From Fidelibacterota bacterium SCGC AAA298-D23 (GTDB lineage Bacteria; Fidelibacterota; Marinisomatia; Marinisomatales; Marinisomataceae), in NCBI GenBank assembly GCA_000402655.1, contig AQSI01000001.1, positions 46,760-110,759 of the forward strand: DNA of 64,000 bases. The letters are read 5' to 3'. Of this stretch, positions 19,779 to 28,510 are shown one piece after another (within the stretch, counting starts at the first letter, position 1; every line of letters begins with the position of its first letter). The notes under the pieces are model-generated. The model searched no databases. It had not been told where the DNA came from and saw only the letters and a program-made list of their open reading frames with translations. The position numbers were made by a program, and so were the translations under genes.

Positions 19779-21266
19779 ATGGCAAAAAATAAATTTGGTA
19801 AGTTTCCTTTTGAAAAAGGTATATATAAAAATATGTACCAAGATAAATTATGGACAATGAGACAGTATGCAGGTTTTTCATCTGTAACTGAATCAAATAA
19901 AAGATATTTAAAGCTAATTGAAAATGGAGTAAGTGGTTTATCTGTGGCATTTGACTTACCAACACAGATGGGGTACGACTCTGATGATGATATGTCCTTT
20001 GGCGAAGTTGGAAAATCTGGTGTTCCAATTTCGACAATTGAGGATATGGAACGTCTTTTTGAAAATATTAATCTTGAAGATATTTCAGTTTCTATGACAA
20101 TAAACTCTACAGCTTCCATTTTGTTAGCATTTTATTTTGCAACAGCTAAAAAACGAGGTTATGACTTTAATGCTCTTCGTGGAACTTTGCAAAATGACAT
20201 ACTTAAGGAATATATTGCTCGAGGAACTTTCATTTTTCCTGTAGAACACTCGCTAAGATTAACTTCTAATGTTTTTGAATTTTGTCAACAAAATCTTTTT
20301 AAATGGAATAGTATTTCTATATCAGGATATCATATTCGTGAAGCTGGGAGCACTGCAGTTCAAGAGCTAGCTTTTACATTTGCTAACGCAATCACATATC
20401 TAGAAAAAGCTGAAGAAGATAATCTAGATCTTATTAAACTGACTGAACAAGTGTCATTTTTTTTCAATGCCCACAGAGATTTTTTCGAAGAAGTTGCCAA
20501 ATTTAGAGCTGCAAGAATTATTTGGGCCAAAATTATAAAGAAAAGATTTAAAATAGATAATGTCAAATCTCAATTATGCCGATTTCATGTTCAAACCGGC
20601 GGATCAACACTTACTGCACAACAAATTGATAATAATATAGCCAGAACGACTTTAGAAAGCTTATCAGCCGTTTTTGGAGGAGCTCAGTCAATTCATACAA
20701 ATGGAAAAGATGAGGCTGTCAGTTTACCCTCAGAAGAAAATGCAACTACAGCTTTAAGAATTCAGCAAATAATTGCGCATGAAAGTGGAGTAGCAAACTA
20801 TATTGATCCAATAGGAGATAGTTCAATTATCACAGACTTAACTAATAATATTGTTCAAGAAGTAGAATTGAAAATTGATGAAATATTTGAAAAAGGTGGT
20901 ATGGAAATCTTAATTGAAAAAGGTGAAATTCAAAGTGAGATTGAAAAATCTGCATTCCAATTTCAAGAAGACATTGACTCAAAAAAAACAATCGTGGTTG
21001 GAGTAAATGAGTTTATTAATGAAAATGAGATTATAGATTCAGGTACTTCATTTAAAGATAGCTCAAAACATAGACTGCAACGATTAAATCATTTTAAAGA
21101 AAAAAGAGACAATAAAATTGTAGAAGATTCATTAAATGAGTTAGTTAATGTAGCCAAAACAAACAAGAACTTAATGCCACAAATTATAACCTGTGTTGAA
21201 AATAATTGCACTCTAGGTGAAATAATAATTGCTTTAAAAACAGTTTTTGGTGAATATTTAGAATAA
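19779..21266 (+). CDS. Methylmalonyl-CoA mutase-family catalytic (substrate-binding TIM barrel) subunit, no B12-binding domain
   Basis: 495 aa. RQYAGFSSVTESNKRYLKLIENGVSGLSVAFDLPTQMGYDSDD is the hallmark MCM N-terminal region. The protein ends before any DxHxxG B12-binding module. Confidence 0.85.
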   Translation: MAKNKFGKFPFEKGIYKNMYQDKLWTMRQYAGFSSVTESNKRYLKLIENGVSGLSVAFDLPTQMGYDSDDDMSFGEVGKSGVPISTIEDMERLFENINLEDISVSMTINSTASILLAFYFATAKKRGYDFNALRGTLQNDILKEYIARGTFIFPVEHSLRLTSNVFEFCQQNLFKWNSISISGYHIREAGSTAVQELAFTFANAITYLEKAEEDNLDLIKLTEQVSFFFNAHRDFFEEVAKFRAARIIWAKIIKKRFKIDNVKSQLCRFHVQTGGSTLTAQQIDNNIARTTLESLSAVFGGAQSIHTNGKDEAVSLPSEENATTALRIQQIIAHESGVANYIDPIGDSSIITDLTNNIVQEVELKIDEIFEKGGMEILIEKGEIQSEIEKSAFQFQEDIDSKKTIVVGVNEFINENEIIDSGTSFKDSSKHRLQRLNHFKEKRDNKIVEDSLNELVNVAKTNKNLMPQIITCVENNCTLGEIIIALKTVFGEYLE

Positions 21267-21315
21267 TATTTGGAACAATTATAAATTAATTTAGTTTTAT
21301 TTTTAGGAGGAAATT

Positions 21316-21888
21316 ATGTTACATAAAAATTTAATATTTGTTTTTCTTGGATTATTCATGATCAGTTGCTCAGGAACTGTTCCTAGTGTTGGTAATGAAG
21401 TTTCTGTTCAAGAAGTAGAAGAAAGCAATGAAGTTGCAGCAAAACAAGAAGTCTCTGTTGAAACATTCACTGTGCAAGAACCAGAATCACCACCATTGCC
21501 TGTAACTGTTTTTGAACCATATATGATTAAAAGAGGTGACTTTCTAACAAAAATAGCTCTAAGAGAATATGGTGATGCGTCAATGTGGAGAGATATTTAT
21601 TCATGGAACAAGGATGAAATTGGTGATAATCCAGATCGTTTATTTCCATATAACTTTTTATCACTTAAAAGAGAATCTACTGATGTAAGGGATTGTGAGC
21701 CTGAGTTTTTTGACTATACAGTTCAATCAGGTGATACTGCATGGAACTTAGCACAAAGAGTGTATGGCGATGAATTAGCTTGGGTTATCATTTATGTAGA
21801 CAATGCTAAATTGATTAATTCAACAGACGGAGTATTACAACCTGGTACTACATTCAAGATGAGAAAAAAACTCGATCCTTGCAATTAA
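21316..21888 (+). CDS. LysM-domain lipoprotein
   Basis: 190 aa. Strong SD (AGGAGG) and lipobox LFMISC. Two LysM-like repeats (YMIKRGDFLTKIA..., YTVQSGDTAWNLA...). Confidence 0.8.
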   Translation: MLHKNLIFVFLGLFMISCSGTVPSVGNEVSVQEVEESNEVAAKQEVSVETFTVQEPESPPLPVTVFEPYMIKRGDFLTKIALREYGDASMWRDIYSWNKDEIGDNPDRLFPYNFLSLKRESTDVRDCEPEFFDYTVQSGDTAWNLAQRVYGDELAWVIIYVDNAKLINSTDGVLQPGTTFKMRKKLDPCN

Positions 21889-22478
21889 TCTTAGAAGATA
21901 TTGATTTAAAAACTTGTTGGATAAAATCTGGAAAAGAGTCTTTCATATACTTTGAAACAATTGACTCAACTTTGAATATAGCTCTTGATCAACAATTTCA
22001 GAAAAGCTCCGTTGGTAAAATTGTCATAACGGATAATCAAACCTCTGGAAAAGGATCTTATAATAAATCTTGGTATAGCGAATCTTATAAAGATTTAACA
22101 TTTAGCATTATTCTTGGCTCATCAAATAATTTTCAACAAAATCTAATTGATGAAACTTGTTCAGTAATAGTAAGTGTTCTTAATGAATATCAAATTGAAG
22201 CATATCAAAAACTTCCTAACGATATCTATGTTAGAGATAGAAAAATAGCTGGGATACTTTTATCTAATGTACAAAGTGGCAAAAGTAGTAATTATCAAGC
22301 ATTAAGTGTCGGAATTAATATAAACTCTAATATTGAATTGAAAGAGTTAGATAGTAATGCTAAAGCAAATCATACATCTTTTGCAAAAGAATTAGGTAAA
22401 GAAATAAATAGAGAAAAAGTTTTAGTTGAAATTATTGAACTACTTGATAAAGTTATTCAAAAGCAGGTAAATCAGTAA
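21879..22478 (+). CDS. birA: Biotin--protein ligase (group I BirA-like, minimal)
   Basis: 199 aa with a TTG start (uncertain). ETIDSTLN plus QTSGKGSYNKSWYS align to the BPL motifs xSTN and GRGRxGRxW. A KIAGIL strand follows. There is no HTH domain, and the 3' end overlaps the convergent gcdH by 26 nt. Confidence 0.6.
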   Translation: MQLILEDIDLKTCWIKSGKESFIYFETIDSTLNIALDQQFQKSSVGKIVITDNQTSGKGSYNKSWYSESYKDLTFSIILGSSNNFQQNLIDETCSVIVSVLNEYQIEAYQKLPNDIYVRDRKIAGILLSNVQSGKSSNYQALSVGININSNIELKELDSNAKANHTSFAKELGKEINREKVLVEIIELLDKVIQKQVNQ

Positions 22479-23622
22479 TCTTCTGCCCAAGAATCAATGT
22501 GTGGATTTCATGTGTTCCTTCATACGTATAGACTGTTTCAAGATTCATCATATGCCTCATTACTGAATAATCGTCCATTATCCCATTGGCCCCAAGAATT
22601 TCTCTTGCACTTTTAGCGCAATCTCTTGCAATTGCTACATTGTTTTTCTTCCCAAGTGAAATATGAGCAAAATCCAAAAGGTTTGAATCTTTTAGTTTGC
22701 CCAATTGAATTGCTAATAATTGAGCTTTGGTGATTTCTTGAACCATTTCAACTAATTTTTTTTGAGTCAATTGGAAGCCTGCTATGGGTTTTGAAAACTG
22801 TTTTCTATCCTTGCTGTAGGCAAGTGCAACTTCATAACAATCTATTGCTGCTCCTATTGTTCCCCAAACAATGGAGTATCGAGCTTGAGTAAGACATGAT
22901 AAAGGACCTTTTAACCCTTCAACCCCAGGCAAACGATTTTTATCAGAAACTCTTACATCTTTCATAAATAATTCGGAAGTAATTGATGCTCTCAAACTCA
23001 TTTTTCCATGAATATCAGATGCAGTAAAACCTTCCATTCCTTTTTCAAGTAGAAAACCTCTTACTATGCCTTCTTCATCTTTAGCCCAAACTACCGCTAC
23101 ATCTGCAACAGTTCCATTAGTAATCCACATTTTAGATCCATTAATAATCCAGTCATCTCCATCCTTTACGGCTTTGGTAGCCATCCCACCGGGGTCAGAT
23201 CCATGATTTGACTCAGTTAAACCAAAACAACCTACAGCTTCTCCGGATGCAAGTTTAGGGAGCCATTTATCTTTTTGCTCTTCTGTTCCATATTGAAAAA
23301 TAGGATACATCACAAGACCGCCTTGAACACTACAAACAGATCTTAAACCCGAATCACCTTTTTCTAATTCCTGCATAATTAAACCATAAGCAGTGCTACT
23401 AACTTCACTACCGCCATATTTTTTAGGTAATGTTGCACCAAAAAATCCCAACTCACCCATTTTTGGGATTAACTCAACAGGGAATGAACCTTTTTCATAA
23501 TATTCGTTTACTAAAGGCATAAACTCTTTAGTTACAAATTCATTTGCTGTTTTTTGAATTAACAACTCCTCATCAGTCAAAAGAGTCGTAATGTTGCAAA
23601 AATCTGGACCAATATATTTCAT
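22453..23622 (-). CDS. gcdH: Glutaryl-CoA dehydrogenase (acyl-CoA dehydrogenase family)
   Basis: 389 aa. The C-terminal NLETVYTYEGTHEIHTLILGQKITDLPAF is characteristic of GCDH. The ACAD fold is present throughout. Confidence 0.85.
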   Translation of the reverse strand: MKYIGPDFCNITTLLTDEELLIQKTANEFVTKEFMPLVNEYYEKGSFPVELIPKMGELGFFGATLPKKYGGSEVSSTAYGLIMQELEKGDSGLRSVCSVQGGLVMYPIFQYGTEEQKDKWLPKLASGEAVGCFGLTESNHGSDPGGMATKAVKDGDDWIINGSKMWITNGTVADVAVVWAKDEEGIVRGFLLEKGMEGFTASDIHGKMSLRASITSELFMKDVRVSDKNRLPGVEGLKGPLSCLTQARYSIVWGTIGAAIDCYEVALAYSKDRKQFSKPIAGFQLTQKKLVEMVQEITKAQLLAIQLGKLKDSNLLDFAHISLGKKNNVAIARDCAKSAREILGANGIMDDYSVMRHMMNLETVYTYEGTHEIHTLILGQKITDLPAFE

Positions 23623-23653
23623 AATTTTATGTTGAATTTTATATCAAACTACA

Positions 23654-24433
23654 CTAAAAAAGCAAGTCTGAAACCCCCTCAAACAATACAGAATTTGTAG
23701 CAATTATTGTATCTGTAACAAGTGTTTTCTTCTGATTATAAATAATTTTTTTGTCATTAATTGTTTTAAACACTCCTCCTGCTTCTGATACAAGACAATC
23801 TCCTGCACATATATCCCATTCATTCTTAGGAGCAATAGTTGTAAAAATATCATAATTACCTGAACTGACAAGCGCTAACTTATATGCAACACTACCAATA
23901 GGATTTATAGATTTAAAGTCATTACGATATGGCTCCCAATCTTTTCTTTTTACCTCAGACCTGCTAACCGTTATAGATGCATCTAATAAATTTGTTTTTT
24001 GAGAAGCATTTACCTTATGACCATTCAAATAAACTCCTTTACCTTTTTGACATGAAAACATTTCATTGGTTGCAGGATTATAAATAACGCCAATAACAGG
24101 GTCTCCATCGTGAACTAATGCAATACTTACAGAAAAATGTGGGATGCCCTCAATAAATTCTTTGGTACCATCCAAGGGATCAACAATCCAAACTCTACTT
24201 TTACTGAGTCTTTCTTCCGTATCAACTGTTTCTTCTGAAAGCCAGCCATCATCAGGAAATTCTCCTATTAAAAATTCAAATAAATATTTGTCAGCTTCAT
24301 TATCAGCAATTGTAACCGGATTACCAATTCCTTTCATTTTGACTTTATTGTCCTCTGACTTATAATACTTCATAAGGATTTTACCGGCATTTCTTGCTGC
24401 TACTTTTGCTGCAATTAATTCTTCATTAAACAT
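23654..24433 (-). CDS. Inositol monophosphatase-family phosphatase (SuhB/CysQ-like)
   Basis: 259 aa with the metal motifs WLSEE, WIVDPLDGTKEF and WDICAG. Confidence 0.8.
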   Translation of the reverse strand: MFNEELIAAKVAARNAGKILMKYYKSEDNKVKMKGIGNPVTIADNEADKYLFEFLIGEFPDDGWLSEETVDTEERLSKSRVWIVDPLDGTKEFIEGIPHFSVSIALVHDGDPVIGVIYNPATNEMFSCQKGKGVYLNGHKVNASQKTNLLDASITVSRSEVKRKDWEPYRNDFKSINPIGSVAYKLALVSSGNYDIFTTIAPKNEWDICAGDCLVSEAGGVFKTINDKKIIYNQKKTLVTDTIIATNSVLFEGVSDLLF

Positions 24434-24492
24434 AAGAATAGATAATATGCATTTTAAATGTAAATTTCGTTATATTAATGTGATTTTGAGGT

Positions 24493-24520
24493 TTGAAGCT
24501 TAAAACAGTTTTTTTATAAT
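24493..24520 (+). promoter_or_regulatory. Candidate sigma70-type promoter for rng
   Basis: TTGAAG (24493..24498), 16-nt spacer, TATAAT (24515..24520). This would give a ~100-nt leader containing a hairpin at 24590..24607 just before the SD GAGGTG (24613..24618). Confidence 0.3.
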
Positions 24521-24624
24521 TTTTTTTTATTTAAAGTAATTTTCTTATAAAATTCTTCACTCCTCAAATCAACAAATAAAATAAAAAAACCAGAAGAATT
24601 CTTTTGGTATACGAGGTGTAAAAG

Positions 24625-26127
24625 ATGAAGAAAGAAATCTACATCAGCAAAGGAGTAGGCGAAACACGTATTGCCGTAAAAGAAAATGGTAAGTTAGCTG
24701 AACTACATGTTGATAAACAATCACAAGTTAAAACTGTCGGGAATATCTATAAAGGTATTGTTGAAAATGTTATTCCAGGCATGCAAGCTGCATTTGTAAA
24801 TATTGGCCAAAATGTAAATGCATTCCTACCTTTTTCAGAAATTTCAGATTCTGAACTTATTGTAGAAAAAAACAAAAAAACTCAAAACTCAAAAGAAGTA
24901 GATGTTCTTTTGCAACCAGGTCAAGAAATTATTGTCCAAGTCATTAAAGAGCCTTTTGATAAAAAGGGCGCTCGAGTAACTACTGATCTATCCATAGCTG
25001 GAAGATTTATCGTTTTGATACCAAAATCAAAATATATTGGGGTATCAAAAAAAATGAGAGATAAATATGAAAGAAGACGTTTGAAAAAAATTGCAATGGA
25101 AATCAAGAAGCCTGGTTTAGGAATGATCCTCAGAACAGTAGCTGAAGGTAAAACTGACTCACAAATTGAAAATGACTACAAATCGTTGATTAAAAAATAT
25201 AATGACCTTTTGTATAAGGCTGAAAAAAATAAGGCACCTAAACTTATTCATAATGATTTAAAAGTAACCTCAAGTGTTTTAAGAGATTTAATTAGTGAAA
25301 AGGTTGAAAAAATCATTGTTGATTCAAAAGAAGATTATAAAAGAATTCAAAAAATGATCAAAGAAGATGCCTTGGAAATTGGAGATGCTTTAGAGCATTA
25401 CAGAAAGCGAGAGCCGCTGTTCAAAGAAAGTGGAATCAATAATTCTATGATGAAATTATTAAGAAAAAAAGCATGGTTAAAAAGTGGTGCATATTTAATA
25501 ATTGAAAGAACTGAAGCCATGGTAGTGGTAGATGTAAATAGTGGAAAATTTGTAGGTAAAAAAGGTCATGAAGAAAATTCTTTAAAAATAAACCTAGAAG
25601 CTGCTAAAGAAATTTGTTCTCAATTAAGACTGAGACATTTGTCAGGATTAATTTTAATTGATTTTATTGATATGGTAAAACCTGAAAATCGAAAAAAAGT
25701 ATTTCTTGAAATGAAAAAAGAGCTTAGAAAAGATCGTGCTAAGGTAGCTGTTTCAGAAATATCTGAATTTGGTATTTTAGAAATGACTAGAGAAAGAACT
25801 GGTTTGAGCATTTTAGATTCCTTGACTGATTGTTGTGATGTTTGCAATGGTAATGGAAGAATTATTTCGAAAGATACCTTATTAACAGGAATTGATTATT
25901 GGTTAAGAGATTATAAAAAGCAAAATAAGGATTTAAGATTAAAGTTGTATTTACATCCAGAATTAGCAGAATATCTAAAAAAAGAAAAAACTAGGGATTA
26001 TATAAAGTTGATGTGGAAAAATTTCATTTACTTAAAGGTAGTAAATGATGATACAATGAATAAAAATCAATTTAAGTTTACTAAGATGTCAGATTCTAAA
26101 GATATCACAAATGAAATAGGTACTTGA
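24625..26127 (+). CDS. rng: Ribonuclease G/E family endoribonuclease
   Basis: 500 aa with the S1 domain GNIYKGIVENVIPGMQAAFVNIGQ and the catalytic region VVVDVNSGKF. No long RNase E scaffold tail. Confidence 0.85.
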   Translation: MKKEIYISKGVGETRIAVKENGKLAELHVDKQSQVKTVGNIYKGIVENVIPGMQAAFVNIGQNVNAFLPFSEISDSELIVEKNKKTQNSKEVDVLLQPGQEIIVQVIKEPFDKKGARVTTDLSIAGRFIVLIPKSKYIGVSKKMRDKYERRRLKKIAMEIKKPGLGMILRTVAEGKTDSQIENDYKSLIKKYNDLLYKAEKNKAPKLIHNDLKVTSSVLRDLISEKVEKIIVDSKEDYKRIQKMIKEDALEIGDALEHYRKREPLFKESGINNSMMKLLRKKAWLKSGAYLIIERTEAMVVVDVNSGKFVGKKGHEENSLKINLEAAKEICSQLRLRHLSGLILIDFIDMVKPENRKKVFLEMKKELRKDRAKVAVSEISEFGILEMTRERTGLSILDSLTDCCDVCNGNGRIISKDTLLTGIDYWLRDYKKQNKDLRLKLYLHPELAEYLKKEKTRDYIKLMWKNFIYLKVVNDDTMNKNQFKFTKMSDSKDITNEIGT

Positions 26128-26160
26128 AAAGGACAAAATTAGCTATTAAGTTCCCACGCT

Positions 26161-26535
26161 ATGTTTGCAATTGTTGAAATATATGGAAAACAATATAAAG
26201 TTGCTAAAGGTGACAAAGTCCTAGTTAATTCTAAGATTGATGTTGCTGAAGGAAAAACTATTAAGTTTGACGTAATTAAAGCTGTTTCAGACAAAGATAA
26301 GAATATTTTTGAAGCAAAAGACTTAGCAAAATATAATGTTAGCGCTAAAGTTCTTGAGCATAAAAAAGATTCTAAAATTACAGTTATTAAGAAAAAAAGA
26401 CGAAAAGGTTATCAAAGAAAACGAGGCCATCGTCAAGATTTAACTTTATTACAAATTCAATCTATTTCAGCTGCTAAAACAAAAAAACCAGCTGCTAAGA
26501 AATCAGCTGCTAAGAAAACTGAAAGCAAAAAATAA
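26161..26535 (+). CDS. rplU: 50S ribosomal protein L21 with Lys/Ala-rich C-terminal extension
   Basis: MFAIVEIYGKQYKV is a typical L21 start. 124 aa, with the tail AAKTKKPAAKKSAAKKTESKK. Confidence 0.9.
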   Translation: MFAIVEIYGKQYKVAKGDKVLVNSKIDVAEGKTIKFDVIKAVSDKDKNIFEAKDLAKYNVSAKVLEHKKDSKITVIKKKRRKGYQRKRGHRQDLTLLQIQSISAAKTKKPAAKKSAAKKTESKK

Positions 26536-26547
26536 AAGGAATTAACT

Positions 26548-26802
26548 ATGGCTCATAAGAAGGGACAAGGAAGTTCAAGGAATGGTAGAGATTCTAATGC
26601 TAAAAGACTAGGCGTTAAAGTTTCGGACGGACAGTCAATTTTAGCTGGTGGAATTATTATAAAACAAAGAGGTACAAAGTATCATCCTGGAAGAAATGTT
26701 AAACGAGGAAATGATGACACTTTATTTGCTACATCTCATGGCTTAGTCAAGTTTAGCAAAAAAGGTGGTACTACCTTTGTTAGTGTTCAAGAATTAAATT
26801 AA
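26548..26802 (+). CDS. rpmA: 50S ribosomal protein L27
   Basis: [24 protein letters not shown] is the canonical L27 N-terminus. Confidence 0.95.
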   Translation: MAHKKGQGSSRNGRDSNAKRLGVKVSDGQSILAGGIIIKQRGTKYHPGRNVKRGNDDTLFATSHGLVKFSKKGGTTFVSVQELN

Positions 26803-26805
26803 GCT

Positions 26806-27741
26806 ATGTCTAGACCTAAAATATCATTAATTGGCGGCGGTCAAGTTGGTGGAAATATCGCGCTGCTTTCTGCTCAGAAAGAACTCGGTGATATAGTCAT
26901 TGTTGATATTCCCGAAGCAGAAAATTTCATGAAAGGAAAAGCTTTAGATATTTCTCAGCTTCTTCCTCATGATGGCTATGACTCTAAATTATCAGGTACT
27001 TCAAATTTTGAAGATATTAAAGATTCTGATGTTGTAGTAATAACTGCAGGATTTCCAAGACAGCCTGGCATGAATAGAGAAGATCTTCTTCAAAAAAATC
27101 TGGATATTATGACAAATGTTGCAAATCAGGTTAAAAAATATTCACCGGAAGCATTTGTCATTGTTGTTTCAAATCCACTTGATGCTATGGTATATGCTTT
27201 CCATAAAATTTCTGGATTTCCAAAAAACAAAGTTGTTGGAATGGCTGGAGCTCTTGATAGCGCAAGATTTAGATCTTTTATTGCTGAAGCTACAAACCTA
27301 TCATCACAAGATATTAATTGTATGGTTCTAGGAGGTCATGGAGATACAATGGTGCCAGTTAGTAGGTTAGCAACTATAGGTGGTGTGCCATTATCATCTT
27401 TATTGAGTAAAGAAGAAATTATCGCTATAGAAAATAGAACTCGTGTTGGCGGAGGAGAAATTGTTAAACTTTTTGGTAAAGGTTCTGCATTTTATGCTCC
27501 TGCTCAATCTGCTGTAGAAATGATTGAAAGTTTTGTAAGAGATAAAAAAAGAGTCATACCATGCGCATCATTATGTGAGGGTGAATTTGATATAGATGGA
27601 TATTTCATTGGAGTTCCAACTGTTATAGGCTCAGGAGGTGTTGAAAAAATACTTACCTTTGATCTTGATGAAGATGAAAAAACAGCTTTAAGTAATACAC
27701 TTAATGAGGTAAAAAAAACTGTTAGTGAAACTGGTTTATAA
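26806..27741 (+). CDS. mdh: Malate dehydrogenase (LDH-like type)
   Basis: 311 aa with a Rossmann N-terminus, NPLDAMV, and the GGHGDTMVP catalytic His region. Confidence 0.9.
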   Translation: MSRPKISLIGGGQVGGNIALLSAQKELGDIVIVDIPEAENFMKGKALDISQLLPHDGYDSKLSGTSNFEDIKDSDVVVITAGFPRQPGMNREDLLQKNLDIMTNVANQVKKYSPEAFVIVVSNPLDAMVYAFHKISGFPKNKVVGMAGALDSARFRSFIAEATNLSSQDINCMVLGGHGDTMVPVSRLATIGGVPLSSLLSKEEIIAIENRTRVGGGEIVKLFGKGSAFYAPAQSAVEMIESFVRDKKRVIPCASLCEGEFDIDGYFIGVPTVIGSGGVEKILTFDLDEDEKTALSNTLNEVKKTVSETGL

Positions 27742-28510
27742 TAACCCGTTGAAATTATTCTTTGTTCTATTTCTTTGTATTATTGATAATGCATATTCAC
27801 AATCTAATCTTCTTGTAAATGAAAGTTTAAATGGATCTTTTTCCCAAGGAAAAATGGAAGGTTCAATTAATAAATTTTTTACTCAAGATACATATTATTT
27901 AAGAAGCAATTTTAATGTTAAAATTTTAAAATTATTCAATATCAAAAGAGATGAAGGATATATTATATCATTCAGTGATTCAACAGTTACAAAGATAAAT
28001 CATAAAAAAAAGAGGTTTGCAGTTTATTCCTTTAGCGAATTTCTTGAAGAAAATAAAAATAATCCACAAGGCGGTCCTCCCCAAGATGATAACAGCACTG
28101 AAAATGAATCAAATAGTGATGAAGAAGATTTGACAATTAATATTAGTGAAGAAATAGAAATCTTAAATGACTTTAAAACTAGAAAAGCTGAAATCGTTGT
28201 TAATGATGAAGATGAATCGGACTTATTTATTTGGTTTTCTGAATCAACTTTAAAGTCCAACACAGAATTAATAATTAATAAAAGATTAAAAGAAATGTTT
28301 GATGGATCAATACCTCCTAATTTGGGTATGAATGCAATGAATATACCTTATGATGAATATGATATTAATACAAATGCATTAACAATTAAGTTTGAAGCAG
28401 TAAGTGAAAATGGAACATTTACTTACAACTTACTGGGATATTCGGAGCAGGACTTATTACCAGAGATATTTAAAGTTTCTGAGAAATATAGAAAAGTTAA
28501 AAAACTATAG
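27725..28510 (+). CDS. Hypothetical exported protein with acidic low-complexity insert
   Basis: 261 aa. Non-ATG start: GTG at 27725, overlapping mdh, or TTG at 27749. Signal peptide ...LFFVLFLCIIDNAYS|QSN. Central insert NPQGGPPQDDNSTENESNSDEED. Confidence 0.5.
   Translation: MKLVYNNPLKLFFVLFLCIIDNAYSQSNLLVNESLNGSFSQGKMEGSINKFFTQDTYYLRSNFNVKILKLFNIKRDEGYIISFSDSTVTKINHKKKRFAVYSFSEFLEENKNNPQGGPPQDDNSTENESNSDEEDLTINISEEIEILNDFKTRKAEIVVNDEDESDLFIWFSESTLKSNTELIINKRLKEMFDGSIPPNLGMNAMNIPYDEYDINTNALTIKFEAVSENGTFTYNLLGYSEQDLLPEIFKVSEKYRKVKKL

Noticed and set aside
19757-20119. 120-aa and 87-aa minus-strand ORFs overlapping the 5' end of the mutase gene
   Set aside because: They are antisense to the hallmark MCM N-terminal region. 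An upstream promoter would have to sit inside the mutase gene, so they are most likely spurious.
24481-24571. Long-range pairing UGAUUUUGAGG...CCUCAAAUCA and GAAG/CUUC in the rng upstream region, as a ~90-nt imperfect hairpin
   Set aside because: The 5' arm lies upstream of the best promoter candidate (24493..24520). The pairing is imperfect and the loop is pure A/T, so it could arise by chance in AT-rich DNA. Only the SD-proximal hairpin was kept.
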